Shown piece by piece: positions 26,901-37,131 of a stretch of DNA of 64,000 bases. The notes below the pieces were generated by a model. That model saw only the letters and a list, made by a program, of their open reading frames with translations. It made no database searches and was not told the origin of the DNA. The stretch lies in IMG/VR virus record IMGVR_UViG_3300032330_001078, positions 2,575 to 66,574 of that record; one strand, written 5' to 3'. Made by a program: the position numbers and the translations under genes. Every line of letters starts with the position of its first letter. The first letter of the stretch is position 1. The stretch is from a virus. Lineage: Duplodnaviria; Caudoviricetes.

Positions 26901-29079
26901 TGAAGAAATGTTTGGTAAGAAAACCAAGGAGAATCCTTCGGGTGGCTATGCTGTAGGCCAGAATCTTTCTGATCCAAATTTCATGAAAGTTTTCATGGAA
27001 AATGCTGCTAAGACTTTAATGGTTAGTCTTGATGAGCAGTTTGCTAAATCTCATCCTGAATCTACAGGCGGCTTGACTAAAATTGCTTTTGCTGCAACTG
27101 ATGCTGCTCAGCGTACTGGTTTCAAACTTGAAGACATGACTAGCAGTAGCGCTAATACTGCTGCACGTAATGCTTATCTTGGTATTGGTAAAGGTAAGGA
27201 TGCTAAAAATAATTTAACTCAAGAAGAACGTATTGCTGTTGATGCGGCTAATCGTCCTAATGATCCTGTAGCGCAGGCTTTGCGAGGAACGTCTTTGGCG
27301 ATTGAGGCTATGGACAAAAATGGTCAAAATTATACGGATGCAATGGTAGCGCTTACTAACGCCATGCGATCTACAGAATCTGGAACTGCTGAGCAAGCAC
27401 AGTATCAGCGAGCAATTGCTCAGGTTAAAGGCATTGGTAATGTTATGGACGCTGGGCTTGGGTCTATTACTATTGCTACTAGAAACGTTCAAGTTGGTAA
27501 AGAAGCTCAAGCCGGTCCGCTTCCAAAGAATGATGAAGAACAGCAGCAATACGATGACAAAATTGCGGCTATGCAGCAGGGCGAGGCTACTATTATTGGT
27601 TTTGTTAAGGCTGCCGCCGAAGCGCGTTACCAGTTAGATATTCAAACCCAACGTCAAAACGAGCAGTACCAAAAGAGTGTTATGCGCTCTAATCGTGATT
27701 TTAATTATCAGATGGCTAATCAGGATGAGGATTACCGTACCTCTGTTAAGCGCGCTAATGAAGAATTTAGGATTCAGCGTAAGCGCCAGTCTGAGGATTT
27801 TGCTAAGTCTGTTTATAGCCCTTATCAGCGTATTACTGCCGTTCGTACGTCTGATGCTTATAGTCTTATCGGTAACTTAAAGAATCAAAATAAAGTCCTT
27901 AAGACTCAAATGTCTAATGTTGCCAAGCTTAAAAAAATGGGTTTGTCGCAGCAATCTATTGATACTTTAGATTTGTTTAATCCTGCTAATGCGCAAGAAG
28001 TTGCTCGACTTGTTATGGATTTTTCTAGCAATAAGGCTTTGATTGAATCGACTAATAAAGAGGTTGCCACACGTAACAGGTTGGCTACACAGCATGAAAA
28101 TAGTACGTTAAATCAGAGTACTGTTCGAGCGGATCAAGATTTTGAGCGTCGCAGGACTATTGCTGAGAATGATTACAACAAGAGCGTTCGGCGTGCTGTG
28201 CATCTTCATAAGCAGGCTTTGCATGATATGAAGGTTGACCTTAGGGATTCGCAAACTTATGCTATGGAAGACTTGGCTAATTTTGGGCATGAGATTGATG
28301 TAACTGCGACTACCCTTGAATCTACTTTAGAGGGTGTTTTTAAAGGCATGCCAGCGGTAGCTAAAACTAACATTAGTGCTGCTCTTACTGCCGTTCAAAC
28401 TGCGGTAAAAGAATTTAAGCCAACAACCATTCATTACAGTTCTGATGTTGACGTTCCGCGTATTAGTAGTTACCAAAAGAAATCAGGCAAGCCCACATCT
28501 CCTCCAGTTGCAGATTCTCTTTACTGGCAGAATACTGCTGAGGCTGGTAGTTGGTATCAAGATCCAGCGTACACAGATTATTACTGGAAACTTGGCAGGG
28601 GTATGAAATTTGACCTTAATACTGGCGCTGTTACTTTGGCTGATATTAACAAGAACAAGTGGGTTGGCCGTAATAATGGTGTGTTTGATTATGGGGCTGA
28701 GGGCTATGCGCTTCATAAAGCTGCGGGTGGCTACATTACTGGTCCAGGAACTAAAACGTCTGATTCAATTCCAGCAATGTTGTCGCATGGCGAATATGTA
28801 GTTAAGGCCGATGCTGTGAGTAAGTATGGTGCTCATTTCCTTGATAACATTAATAATTTGAATTTTAAGTCTGGCAGTTATGTTCACGGCAGGGAATCTA
28901 AAATGTCTGCAATGCAAGGTTATGCTACTTCTATTACGCATAATACGTCTACGCAGTATGACCATTCGACTCAAATTAATGGTCCTATTACTGTTCAGTC
29001 TACGGATCCTAATCAGTTTATGCGTCAGATGCAGGCTAAGAAGCGTCTTAGTCGTTTGAATCAACCAGTGGGTAACTAA
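23974..29079 (+). CDS. Tape measure protein
   Basis: 1701 aa, Ala-rich and helical, TP901-like core region; C-terminal GGYITGPGTKTSDSIPAMLSHGEYVVKADAV. Confidence 0.93.
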   Translation: MYNEDVSIDFSANVAPFSASLSQAVKGLENMSASADTTLAKIGKLDNVALAAVKTFGKFLDLNKASTVQAAAYQQKLAGLATVTALNEKQFKGLSEVSLKFTREFPIGLDKSIGLIDTLRTSGVTTTKSIKELGTAFIKIQQASGEWGSEFVSDMLSVNRSFGGSQSSAIKFGDSLVSVSNKFGASASSVVGFTKALAPVASAMGLNATQTMGFSTAFARLGEDGNRSANALAKVMSDLTNSAKTGSPQIGEYAHAMDMSVDSLKSLVDTDPAEAVIRFTEAIAKQGPKAIDTLNRLGIDGVQSFKSIQALGKSKDIREILQTSADSFGNKSATEGAKEAFGGVNDQMTRLGDTMNQTVAAAGTPFLNMIAGLLKAANSFAEAIHSAVQSVSSMAGKIAPLLAVLKLLHSAFQGIMLLRFGQYLSNMAINSAAGRSFALGRAEASYGLKDEGGNRMYNMGQRFQNNLGGIMGRPIGETVRNVFSGARGLVAYAGAGLMNLNASMMRGDPSEVANRQATTRAFTENITRGRQGLAPLTTEQKLNREQMNERRVAAGMKPIGDKPNGPMVGAAEQFKGIGAALKQFGSEIKGAGKLASLMGVQAGTAGGELRIAFAGLSLATLRATGALTMMAVKAIGSLIASMGMQMGMMLAMMAAFQAFNSIKEGTSKAHALRDEGIKNGLETPGSVYNDFAQKAGLATRNVDSLAKSAQNAAHQLVVNTKSMAEANDLTQARIAAARNPGYQQAWKFGEKKNAQQLANEIINLEGNTPNPQARAQLLNDLIKQYGAGTAQQVTNILAPESMGQRNGNNERQRTSGDVYVAGLNDVKDKREDKWWSSTYRFLSGTQDGALSKTFGLLGLGATGGWNSNWKQNNGQGKYDTEASRDAMSSLITNIASTAMNTGNIYGARAGQLSQFAETSKLYNTGKNTGQLGDVAAVINGMYGTNYKGSDVGDYNTLSDLLKNTLKEGNDDQKALYEEMFGKKTKENPSGGYAVGQNLSDPNFMKVFMENAAKTLMVSLDEQFAKSHPESTGGLTKIAFAATDAAQRTGFKLEDMTSSSANTAARNAYLGIGKGKDAKNNLTQEERIAVDAANRPNDPVAQALRGTSLAIEAMDKNGQNYTDAMVALTNAMRSTESGTAEQAQYQRAIAQVKGIGNVMDAGLGSITIATRNVQVGKEAQAGPLPKNDEEQQQYDDKIAAMQQGEATIIGFVKAAAEARYQLDIQTQRQNEQYQKSVMRSNRDFNYQMANQDEDYRTSVKRANEEFRIQRKRQSEDFAKSVYSPYQRITAVRTSDAYSLIGNLKNQNKVLKTQMSNVAKLKKMGLSQQSIDTLDLFNPANAQEVARLVMDFSSNKALIESTNKEVATRNRLATQHENSTLNQSTVRADQDFERRRTIAENDYNKSVRRAVHLHKQALHDMKVDLRDSQTYAMEDLANFGHEIDVTATTLESTLEGVFKGMPAVAKTNISAALTAVQTAVKEFKPTTIHYSSDVDVPRISSYQKKSGKPTSPPVADSLYWQNTAEAGSWYQDPAYTDYYWKLGRGMKFDLNTGAVTLADINKNKWVGRNNGVFDYGAEGYALHKAAGGYITGPGTKTSDSIPAMLSHGEYVVKADAVSKYGAHFLDNINNLNFKSGSYVHGRESKMSAMQGYATSITHNTSTQYDHSTQINGPITVQSTDPNQFMRQMQAKKRLSRLNQPVGN

Positions 29080-29522
29080 TGTCTAGTAGTGCTTATGTAA
29101 AGGTTGAGATCCAGCAAAGCAATAATACTTGGCTGGATGTAAGTGACGGAATTGTGTATAGGGTTAACAAAGCTTCTTTTGAGAATTCTGCAGTTACTTT
29201 TCGCCGCGATGAGGTGACTAACGCTTTTATTGAGGGTAAGTTTTTGGTTAATGCTTTGCGCGATAATGTTACTGAGACCTTGGCTGTTTATGCTTATGGT
29301 GCTACTTCTGCCGCAGTAAAGTCTGCAGTTGATGCTGTTACTAATGCTGTGAGTCAAGTCAATTTTATGGTACGAGTCACTTTGGATAACTCACAAAAAC
29401 TTTGGGAGTGTTTTTCTTCAGATTACACAATCAATGTGTCTAAAGAATTTTTGGTTAATAAGCAGGCTTTGATTACTGTACAATTACATCGACTTCCTAG
29501 TGAAACGGTAACAACGGTGTAG
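29079..29522 (+). CDS. Distal tail (Dit-like) / minor tail protein
   Basis: Synteny directly after tape measure; beta-rich, 147 aa. Confidence 0.55.
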   Translation: MSSSAYVKVEIQQSNNTWLDVSDGIVYRVNKASFENSAVTFRRDEVTNAFIEGKFLVNALRDNVTETLAVYAYGATSAAVKSAVDAVTNAVSQVNFMVRVTLDNSQKLWECFSSDYTINVSKEFLVNKQALITVQLHRLPSETVTTV

Positions 29523-29524
29523 TT

Positions 29525-30379
29525 ATGGCTTCTATTTCTATTTACGGTAATCAGTTATTGCTTAGTGCAGTTTTTACCAAAGACACTGCAAACTTTCCAA
29601 TTCCAAGCAGTTTTAGCGTTGCTTTGCTTAATTCTGTCCCTGATCGTAATGCAGTATCATCTTCTCTTGTTGAACCGCCTTTAACTGTTGCTGGCTCTAC
29701 AAACATTGCTTCTGGTAATTACTATGATGGAACTTTGGCTGGTCTTCCAGGTGGTACTTTTCTTAATTACTTCTTGTCTTCACCCATGTCTTATTCTTTT
29801 TCAGATGGTCAGTCGGTCACTATTACTAATACTGCTGCTGGGTACAACACGACTGGTATTGTCAAAAATACTGTCTTGACTAACACTAATACTGTTAGTG
29901 CTTGGGTTGCTGGAGTTTCTGCTTACAGTATTGATGACGTAGCTACTTATAATGGCGCTTATTATGTTAATTTAACAGGCACTAATGGTACTGGCGCTAA
30001 TCACCCAGATGTCGATAATACAAACTGGGAATTTTTACCTTTTTGTGACTATTCGCAATTTACTATTTATGTAGCGGCTACTGTTTCAACTACTTTTACT
30101 GGAGCTACCGGTACTGTTGTTGCTAACACTGGTTATTCTCGTAAAACTATTAGCACTGGTAGCGATTGGACTGCTGGCCAGTCTTCTGTTTATAACACTT
30201 CTGTTATTGAATGGCCAGTCGCTTATGTGGATTGGGGCAGTATTGTTGGGTGGGCTTTGCTTGATGACCAAGCCACACCAAACATTATTGCTAGTGGTGA
30301 GCTACAGCAAATTCTTTTGGTTAATCAAAACTCTTTGGTTTCCTTACCATCTGGATCACTTAGATTGTTTCTGAACTAA
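29525..30379 (+). CDS. Minor tail protein with inserted carbohydrate-binding-like module
   Basis: Fibre-adaptor-like halves (FSVALL..P / GYSRKT..IEWP..DWG.IVGWALLD) around W..G..Y..DD..TYNG.YY..W. Confidence 0.65.
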   Translation: MASISIYGNQLLLSAVFTKDTANFPIPSSFSVALLNSVPDRNAVSSSLVEPPLTVAGSTNIASGNYYDGTLAGLPGGTFLNYFLSSPMSYSFSDGQSVTITNTAAGYNTTGIVKNTVLTNTNTVSAWVAGVSAYSIDDVATYNGAYYVNLTGTNGTGANHPDVDNTNWEFLPFCDYSQFTIYVAATVSTTFTGATGTVVANTGYSRKTISTGSDWTAGQSSVYNTSVIEWPVAYVDWGSIVGWALLDDQATPNIIASGELQQILLVNQNSLVSLPSGSLRLFLN

Positions 30380-32649
30380 TGGCTAATACGACCAATGATT
30401 ATAATTACGCCACTACAGATACTGGCGCAGCTATTGGCAATACTGTTGCCAAGATTAGCAAACCTGCTGGCGGTGTTTTTAAAATATTTAATAGCGCTTT
30501 TGATGTAAGAAACGACCCAAATGGACTGTCAATATCTGATTTTTTAGATACTGATTACAATTTAATTTCTTTGGCGTTTAAGGACGCGGCATTAGACGGA
30601 ACACTGCTTGGTGCTATCTGGAATCAGTTTGCGTTAAGCGGTGGCGGATTTAATACTACTAGCTGGAACCCGGCTAGCACTTATCTTGCCTCAACGCCTG
30701 AGTTTGTTTTTTACAATACGGGATCTAGTGTAAATATTTACAAGTGTATTCTTAACATCTCTACACCTTCTGCAGTCACTCCAGATGTTGATGTTACTCA
30801 CTGGCAGTATATGAGCCAGGCGTTTAAGTTGCGGCTGATACCTGATGAAAATTCTTATGTTCCAGATACTTCTGGCGGTGAAAGATTTAAGCATTATGTG
30901 ACGTGTTATGTGCCGTTTATCGATGATGTTACTTTTAGTCCTCTTTGGAATATTGCTTTTGCGGCTAAAAGTTACTCGTCCGTGTATACGTCTAATGGCT
31001 TGGAAGATGCTGTAGTTACAGATGGCACTACTGCAAGTAATAACATGATTGTCGCTGGAATTTCAAGCACTTGGAACTCTAATGCTTTTACTTGCACGCA
31101 CCCTAATACTGGGTATTTGAAACTTATTACCGGCACTAAGGTTCGCGTAAGGGGCTTAACTCTTGGGGGTGTTTCGATACCTTTTACTGTAACCGTAGCT
31201 TCGTCTACTACTACTGGTTTTACTGGAACTATTGCATCGCTTGGTACTTATTCGTCAGGCACTTCTTACAATTATGGTGATTTTGTTACTTACACGACTG
31301 GCGGCAACACGAGTGTTTATTACCATTACAGCGCTAGCACTACTACTGGTACTGTTCCTACCAGTACAGGTACTTGGAAAAAAGTAGTTGGCACGATATC
31401 TAGTGGTACTGCTGACACTATTTTTTCTAAATGGACTCTTTATTTAGATACTAATTTTTTCCAGGCTGCCGTTGAGCCGGTCCCTGCTGGATCTACATCT
31501 TCTTCTAAAGCTAAACCGCGTCATACTATTAATAGTTTTGTTTATAACGAACACATTGTTAATCAAAAGCAAACACTTTTTTCTACTGGTGATTACATTA
31601 TTCATGATGGTTTTCCTTTTGATAAGGATTCTATTACTGGCGGAACAATGAACATTACTGCTGGTATTTTGCCTGACGCTATCAGTTCTGTTGCGCGGCC
31701 TCCTATTACTACTACTTACACAGGCTCTCTGCCACAGTCAGATAATCGCTGGATTTCTATTTCAGGAGATGTTAGTGGCTGGGCTTATCCTGCTAACACT
31801 AATTTAGTATGGACTAGCCATAACGGTAGTACTTCTAGGAATCTTCAAGCGTTCAACGATACTAGCCATACATATTTGCCAGAACTTTTAGATGGATTTG
31901 GTACTAGCAACCAAAGTGATACTACTAATCAATTAATGCTAATGAGTCCAGACACATCTACTCCACCAATGTCAGCAGCTAGGTCTTTATCTTTTGCTAA
32001 CAAAGACTTTTTGTATACTGGTTTTAATCCTTTTAAAATTGATGGATCTAGCTCTAATGCTTTTACATCTTTGGTTGTGGCTTATTTAGATTATGTTCCA
32101 GGCACTGTGATGTCTACTACTTTGGGTGCTGAAGAAACTAATTGGTATGGAATTATGAGTGAGGCTGTTTTTAGTGCGTCGCCTACGTTAGCAACGGATG
32201 TAGCCACTCTTAATACATACACTCAATATCAGCCAAGATTATCCGTTAGATATAAATATGATGGAACTATTACATTAAATCTTGGCGATACTTTACTGAC
32301 AGGAATTAAGGCTAAGAATGGTATTGCTAGGCCTTTTCAGCCAATTATTGTTGGTCTAACTGTCGAGCCTCCAGATGCTAATGGCGTATGGACTGCTAAG
32401 TTAACTGTGGTTGATACTGACATTAATCGCACTTCTGTTAGGTTTAAGCGTAATTGGCTTGGCTATTCTGCTCAAACACATAACGTAATGCTTTATGGAG
32501 CTACTCCTTTTAACAAGCGCTGGCACGGGGCAAAAATGTTTGTTATGGAAATTAACCATTATTACAGTTCACAAACAAGTCAGTTTTTTAACAATGAAAT
32601 TAAAACTATGGATAAGATGTACGCAGTGACTAGCGGGAGAGTTTCATGA
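30379..32649 (+). CDS. Minor tail protein
   Basis: Ser/Thr/Gly/Tyr-rich, two CBM5/12-like modules; position in tail operon. Confidence 0.65.
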   Translation: MANTTNDYNYATTDTGAAIGNTVAKISKPAGGVFKIFNSAFDVRNDPNGLSISDFLDTDYNLISLAFKDAALDGTLLGAIWNQFALSGGGFNTTSWNPASTYLASTPEFVFYNTGSSVNIYKCILNISTPSAVTPDVDVTHWQYMSQAFKLRLIPDENSYVPDTSGGERFKHYVTCYVPFIDDVTFSPLWNIAFAAKSYSSVYTSNGLEDAVVTDGTTASNNMIVAGISSTWNSNAFTCTHPNTGYLKLITGTKVRVRGLTLGGVSIPFTVTVASSTTTGFTGTIASLGTYSSGTSYNYGDFVTYTTGGNTSVYYHYSASTTTGTVPTSTGTWKKVVGTISSGTADTIFSKWTLYLDTNFFQAAVEPVPAGSTSSSKAKPRHTINSFVYNEHIVNQKQTLFSTGDYIIHDGFPFDKDSITGGTMNITAGILPDAISSVARPPITTTYTGSLPQSDNRWISISGDVSGWAYPANTNLVWTSHNGSTSRNLQAFNDTSHTYLPELLDGFGTSNQSDTTNQLMLMSPDTSTPPMSAARSLSFANKDFLYTGFNPFKIDGSSSNAFTSLVVAYLDYVPGTVMSTTLGAEETNWYGIMSEAVFSASPTLATDVATLNTYTQYQPRLSVRYKYDGTITLNLGDTLLTGIKAKNGIARPFQPIIVGLTVEPPDANGVWTAKLTVVDTDINRTSVRFKRNWLGYSAQTHNVMLYGATPFNKRWHGAKMFVMEINHYYSSQTSQFFNNEIKTMDKMYAVTSGRVS

Positions 32650-35600
32650 TTTCACCATCGATGTCAGGTACTCAGCCTGTCGATTCTGGGTATTGGCGAA
32701 TTATTGTTGATCCTAGACCTTCATCTTCTACTAATGAAGCGGTTGACGTAACGTTTGTTCGCGGCGCTGCTACTACTGTCAGTAACTTGTCAACAATGGA
32801 CCCTTTTGGTCCAGGTGCTGCGACAATTGTTTTTACGTCTGTCACTTTGCTCGATAGGCCTGGTACTGGCGATTTGTCTTGGCTTGTTCCCGAAGCTAAT
32901 GTTGATATTTGCTGGATGAAACCTCAAATAAATATTGGTTCAGCAACTACGTGGGATAAAACAAGTACTTATTTGAAGGGCGCCATTGTAAAGTTTAATG
33001 GTAGTTATTACACAGCTAAAAATACTGTTGGGCCGTTTCCTCAATCTTGGTCTGTTTGGAATCGTTTTGATGATTTTGTTGTTGGCGATAAAGTTATTTC
33101 AACAAATGGTTTGGTGTATGTATGCATATTAGATCGCTTGCATACAACTAGTACTCCGCAAGCCGATACTACCCATTGGAGTCTATTTAACTGGCAGCCT
33201 AGTACTGACACTGACAATTGGATTTCTAATGGAACAGGAAACCAAACTGAGGATGACGTTGTTTATCGCTGGGAAGGTTATTTTGTTTCTTTTGAATATG
33301 GCGAAGATGATGCTGGCGGTACTTTAACTGTTGCGTGTAATGGTGCTATGAAGCAGATGGATAATTATCTTGCGTATCCTGAGCATCTTACGCAACCTAT
33401 TAGTTATGAATACGCTATTGAGCGTCAATTTAATACTACGAATAGACCTGATAGCCGTTTGCGTGATTGTATTCCTTTTAAGGAAACTGCTATTTCTGAT
33501 CCTGATTTTGCTTTTTTGGGTGATAATCCAGACAACATTTTTAGGTCTTCTGATTACACTAACTACAATTCTAAAGACGCTATATATAACAAAACTATGT
33601 CGTCTTACTACAAGCCTATTAACTTGCAAACTGGGGATTTGTGGACTGGTTTGCTTACTAGATCTACGGGCAACTTTGAGCCTGTGCTCACTAACTATAT
33701 ACAAAATTTGCTGGAGAGTATGCAGACTCCTACTGGCAGTTTTACTCTTTTGTTGGGTCCTGGTCGGCAGCCTTACTTTAAACATCGTAAGCGATTGACT
33801 GCTCCTGATGAAAATACTTTGGTGGTAGACGTTTTGTGGCCGGGCGTTAAAATTAGCGTTACGCAAGATTTTTCTCAAAAAGTTAATGTTGTTTATGGTT
33901 CTGGTAAAGCTTTGAATGGCGATACTTTTACCAACATTGTTTATGATGCAGATGGCTCACGCAGCCGTTACGAACCTTTTGCGTACAAGCAAGAAAATTA
34001 TCCTAGGGTTAAGTCCAACGATTCATTTAATGCTGACAAAATGAGTAAAGAGGTTTCTCTTAATTTTTGGGCTGGTCTTAATACTGCTGATGCTAAATTA
34101 GTGGCCGAAAAGCATTTAGAGCTTTTTTCTGATCCTGGTATTACTGCTCAGTTGACTCTTAATGTTGATCCTCAGTTGATGGATGGCACTGGGGTTGCTC
34201 GGCAAACTTTGACTGCTGGCCGAAGTATTCTTGTTAAGGGTTTATTTGGTAATCGTCAGGGTATTTTGTTTCACATTACTGAGCATTCTTATTCTGGTGC
34301 TGAAAATACTGTGTCTTTGACTTTGGATTCAAAATCTCGCAGCCAGTTGACTGTTCAAGAAGTGCGCCAGCGTGGTAAAGATTCTCTTGTTGTTTCTCGT
34401 TTGTTGGGTGTGGGTCAGTTTAAGCCAAACATTGATGATTTGCTTTTCCCGTGGTCGTACGAACAGGGCTCTGGTTTTGTTCCTCTTGGGTCTAAATTCT
34501 TGTGGGATGTTGCTAACAGAAATAACATTTCTATTGGAGATTTTCCTTGGTCTAATTTAACTACTGCTTATCCTCCTAAGCATTTTAATGCAGCAGCTAA
34601 AGCTGATGCGTCTACGCATTATGTTGGTATTCCTGGGGCTGCTGATACTGAGAATGCTGATAACAATTGGAGTGCTGTTGCACCAGTAATGTTTAGCGCC
34701 GCAGGATCTATTTCTTCTGTGCGTTTTGTGGCTGTTAAAGCTGATGGCACGCCTTACAAGGTGCCTTTTCATGTGTCTTTGTGGATGGAAGATGCAGCTG
34801 GTGGCTTGTCTTTTTACACTACTCCTGCTCTTACTACGCCAGAAAATTTTGGCGTTCAATTGCGTAAGGCAACGATAAAAGCCGTTAATCAAAGTGGTGC
34901 TGGTTTGTCTGCAACTGTAACTACATCTAAGACGGTTAATACTGGTGCTGCTAAAGGCACTATTACTGCTACTTTAAAGTTTTCTGCTAAGGATGCTTCT
35001 TACATTTTTGACAGAATTTCTAGTGCTGGAAAGATTCAAGTTAGAGATATGAAAAATGTTTCTAATTCTGCTAACACTTGGTTTACTGTTAAGAGTTACG
35101 ATGCTGATAACAGAACAATAACTTTTAATATTGCCAAGTCTTTGTGTAAATCTTTTACTCAGCAAGCAAACCAAACTGAAACTGTTAAAAATATCTGGAT
35201 TGTCGGCAACTATGCTCCGTCTGCATCGGATGCTGGTATTGTTCCGGCAGCTTTTAATTACAAATGGGGACAGCATTATCCTCTTTACCAGCGTGCGTGG
35301 GAACGCATTGAGCCTGAAGGCAATAACGCTGGGCCTTTGGCATATTACGGACCTAACTCACCTATTGCTGGTTGGGGTACTTATTATGAGATGGCTGGGT
35401 TTTACCCTAATAATGGTGGCATTGAGCAGTATTCTCCTGCTACTGGATTGTTTGCTGATGACACACCTTTTTCTTATGACTTTACGGCAGGCAATCAAAC
35501 TAGCGCTATTGATACTAATCACACGCCTACGGCTAATACTTTGCCTAGTTCTGATGGGTCTTACAGTAACGAAGGCAAGAAACACGCTACGGGCTATGCA

Positions 35601-35711
35601 ATGTTTTATTGTGATCAAGAGTATGACGAGGCTACTGGTACACTAGTTCCGCGCAAGCAAAGTGTTTATTTTATTGGCCGTTTGTATCGTCAAAACCCTG
35701 GGAGTTCATAA
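32646..35711 (+). CDS. Tail tip/hub minor tail protein
   Basis: 1021 aa; DPFGPGAATI, RWEGYF, VNVVYGSG, hub-like C-terminal part; two CBM-like inserts. Confidence 0.7.
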   Translation: MISPSMSGTQPVDSGYWRIIVDPRPSSSTNEAVDVTFVRGAATTVSNLSTMDPFGPGAATIVFTSVTLLDRPGTGDLSWLVPEANVDICWMKPQINIGSATTWDKTSTYLKGAIVKFNGSYYTAKNTVGPFPQSWSVWNRFDDFVVGDKVISTNGLVYVCILDRLHTTSTPQADTTHWSLFNWQPSTDTDNWISNGTGNQTEDDVVYRWEGYFVSFEYGEDDAGGTLTVACNGAMKQMDNYLAYPEHLTQPISYEYAIERQFNTTNRPDSRLRDCIPFKETAISDPDFAFLGDNPDNIFRSSDYTNYNSKDAIYNKTMSSYYKPINLQTGDLWTGLLTRSTGNFEPVLTNYIQNLLESMQTPTGSFTLLLGPGRQPYFKHRKRLTAPDENTLVVDVLWPGVKISVTQDFSQKVNVVYGSGKALNGDTFTNIVYDADGSRSRYEPFAYKQENYPRVKSNDSFNADKMSKEVSLNFWAGLNTADAKLVAEKHLELFSDPGITAQLTLNVDPQLMDGTGVARQTLTAGRSILVKGLFGNRQGILFHITEHSYSGAENTVSLTLDSKSRSQLTVQEVRQRGKDSLVVSRLLGVGQFKPNIDDLLFPWSYEQGSGFVPLGSKFLWDVANRNNISIGDFPWSNLTTAYPPKHFNAAAKADASTHYVGIPGAADTENADNNWSAVAPVMFSAAGSISSVRFVAVKADGTPYKVPFHVSLWMEDAAGGLSFYTTPALTTPENFGVQLRKATIKAVNQSGAGLSATVTTSKTVNTGAAKGTITATLKFSAKDASYIFDRISSAGKIQVRDMKNVSNSANTWFTVKSYDADNRTITFNIAKSLCKSFTQQANQTETVKNIWIVGNYAPSASDAGIVPAAFNYKWGQHYPLYQRAWERIEPEGNNAGPLAYYGPNSPIAGWGTYYEMAGFYPNNGGIEQYSPATGLFADDTPFSYDFTAGNQTSAIDTNHTPTANTLPSSDGSYSNEGKKHATGYAMFYCDQEYDEATGTLVPRKQSVYFIGRLYRQNPGSS

Positions 35712-36163
35712 TGTTAGGTGCGCCTACTGGCACTCTTATTGGCAATTTTTTGTCATATATTTCTACGACTAACACTACTTATGTAGCTTTGCACAGTGGC
35801 ACTCCTTCTATGTTTACTCCTGGATCTAATGAGATTGGCATTCGTCAGCTAGTAACGTGGAACGTTAATGCTGAGACTGCTAGTAACGCGTCAGATTTAG
35901 TTTTTACAGGATTGTCTACTACTAATATTTCTTATGTCACTATTAACGATGCTTTAACTGGCGGCAATGTTTTGTTTATGATTCCGTTAAGCGCTCCTTA
36001 TAGTTTGGTGGCTACTGGGTCTACTGGTATTTATAAGATTTCCGCTAATTCATTGTTTTTGAGTTTTGAAACTAATGCATCTGTTTATTCAATGGATGGT
36101 GGAACGCCTTATACTGTGTGGTCTACGCCTACTGTTTCTGTTGGCGATGGCGGAACTCCGTAA
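35711..36163 (+). CDS. Minor tail / fibre adaptor protein
   Basis: YVALHSGTP..EI..RQLVTW..N.SDLVF..INDALTGGNVLF; paralog of 37948-38301. Confidence 0.6.
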   Translation: MLGAPTGTLIGNFLSYISTTNTTYVALHSGTPSMFTPGSNEIGIRQLVTWNVNAETASNASDLVFTGLSTTNISYVTINDALTGGNVLFMIPLSAPYSLVATGSTGIYKISANSLFLSFETNASVYSMDGGTPYTVWSTPTVSVGDGGTP

Positions 36164-36177
36164 GGTAGGATTGGATT

Positions 36178-37131
36178 ATGTCTACTAAAATACAGGTTCG
36201 TCGTGGTACTGCGGCTCAATGGACTTCTGCTAACCCTACTTTGGCGTCTGGCGAGGTTGGGTTTGAAACCGATACTGGTAGGTTCAAAATAGGTACTGGT
36301 GCTTTATGGGGGTCTACAGTTTATGCCAGCACAGCGGTTGCTGATACTGCTTTGCTTTCTGCTGCTAATGTTTTTGCACAAGGCCAGACGGTTTCTTCGA
36401 CAGGTAACGCTATTTTGTCGCTTAATTCTGGTGTTGGTGGTACTGCCGGCAATCAAGTTTCTGGGATTGATTTTCTTCTTAATGGAACTCTTAAGGGAAA
36501 CATTGATGTATTTGAGTCAACATATAGCGAAGCGTTATTCTTAAATAGCGGTACGAGCAATAATGTGGTTTTGGCTTTTGGTGGCGGAAACGTTGGTATC
36601 AGCGTTATACCAACTGTAAAGCTAGATGTTAATGGAGCGGTAAAAGCTACTACGTTTAATAACTTGACTTTGACTGCTAATACAACGGGCTTTTCTGTTG
36701 CAGGTGGATCTCTCACTTCTAAAACTTTGCAAGTCAATAACACACTGACTCTTGCTGGTACTGATTCTACAACTATGACTTTTCCAGCCGCTTCAGGAAC
36801 TGTTGTTACTAAAGATTCTACGGATCAGTTAACTAACAAAACTTTTGCTTCCAATACTTATTCATCCGCTACTACACTGACTACTGCAAACGACATAGTT
36901 TTTATTTCTGCCACAGTGGCTTGGACACTAACTTTGCCCACTCCTACTGCAGGTAAGGTTTTACATATTGTTAGAACAGACGCTACTGGTGTTGTTATTA
37001 CCGTTGCTGGTCACATAAATAACGTTGCGTCCACTACTAACTCCGCTTGGTTTGCTGCTTCATCTGCACGTAAAGCTATTTTGGTATCCAACGGCACAAC
37101 TTGGTATGCAACTTCTAACGGAGCGTTCTAA
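36178..37131 (+). CDS. Tail fibre protein with Mtd_N/hyaluronidase-type N-terminal domain
   Basis: KIQVRRGTAAQWTSANPTLASGEVGFETDTGRFKIG; fibre repeats NVGI....PTVKLDVNG and T.QLTNKT. Confidence 0.8.
   Translation: MSTKIQVRRGTAAQWTSANPTLASGEVGFETDTGRFKIGTGALWGSTVYASTAVADTALLSAANVFAQGQTVSSTGNAILSLNSGVGGTAGNQVSGIDFLLNGTLKGNIDVFESTYSEALFLNSGTSNNVVLAFGGGNVGISVIPTVKLDVNGAVKATTFNNLTLTANTTGFSVAGGSLTSKTLQVNNTLTLAGTDSTTMTFPAASGTVVTKDSTDQLTNKTFASNTYSSATTLTTANDIVFISATVAWTLTLPTPTAGKVLHIVRTDATGVVITVAGHINNVASTTNSAWFAASSARKAILVSNGTTWYATSNGAF

Noticed and set aside
36178-37131. Diversity-generating retroelement, suggested by the Mtd_N-type domain
   Set aside because: No reverse transcriptase and no template/variable repeat pair seen; this domain is widespread in ordinary fibres
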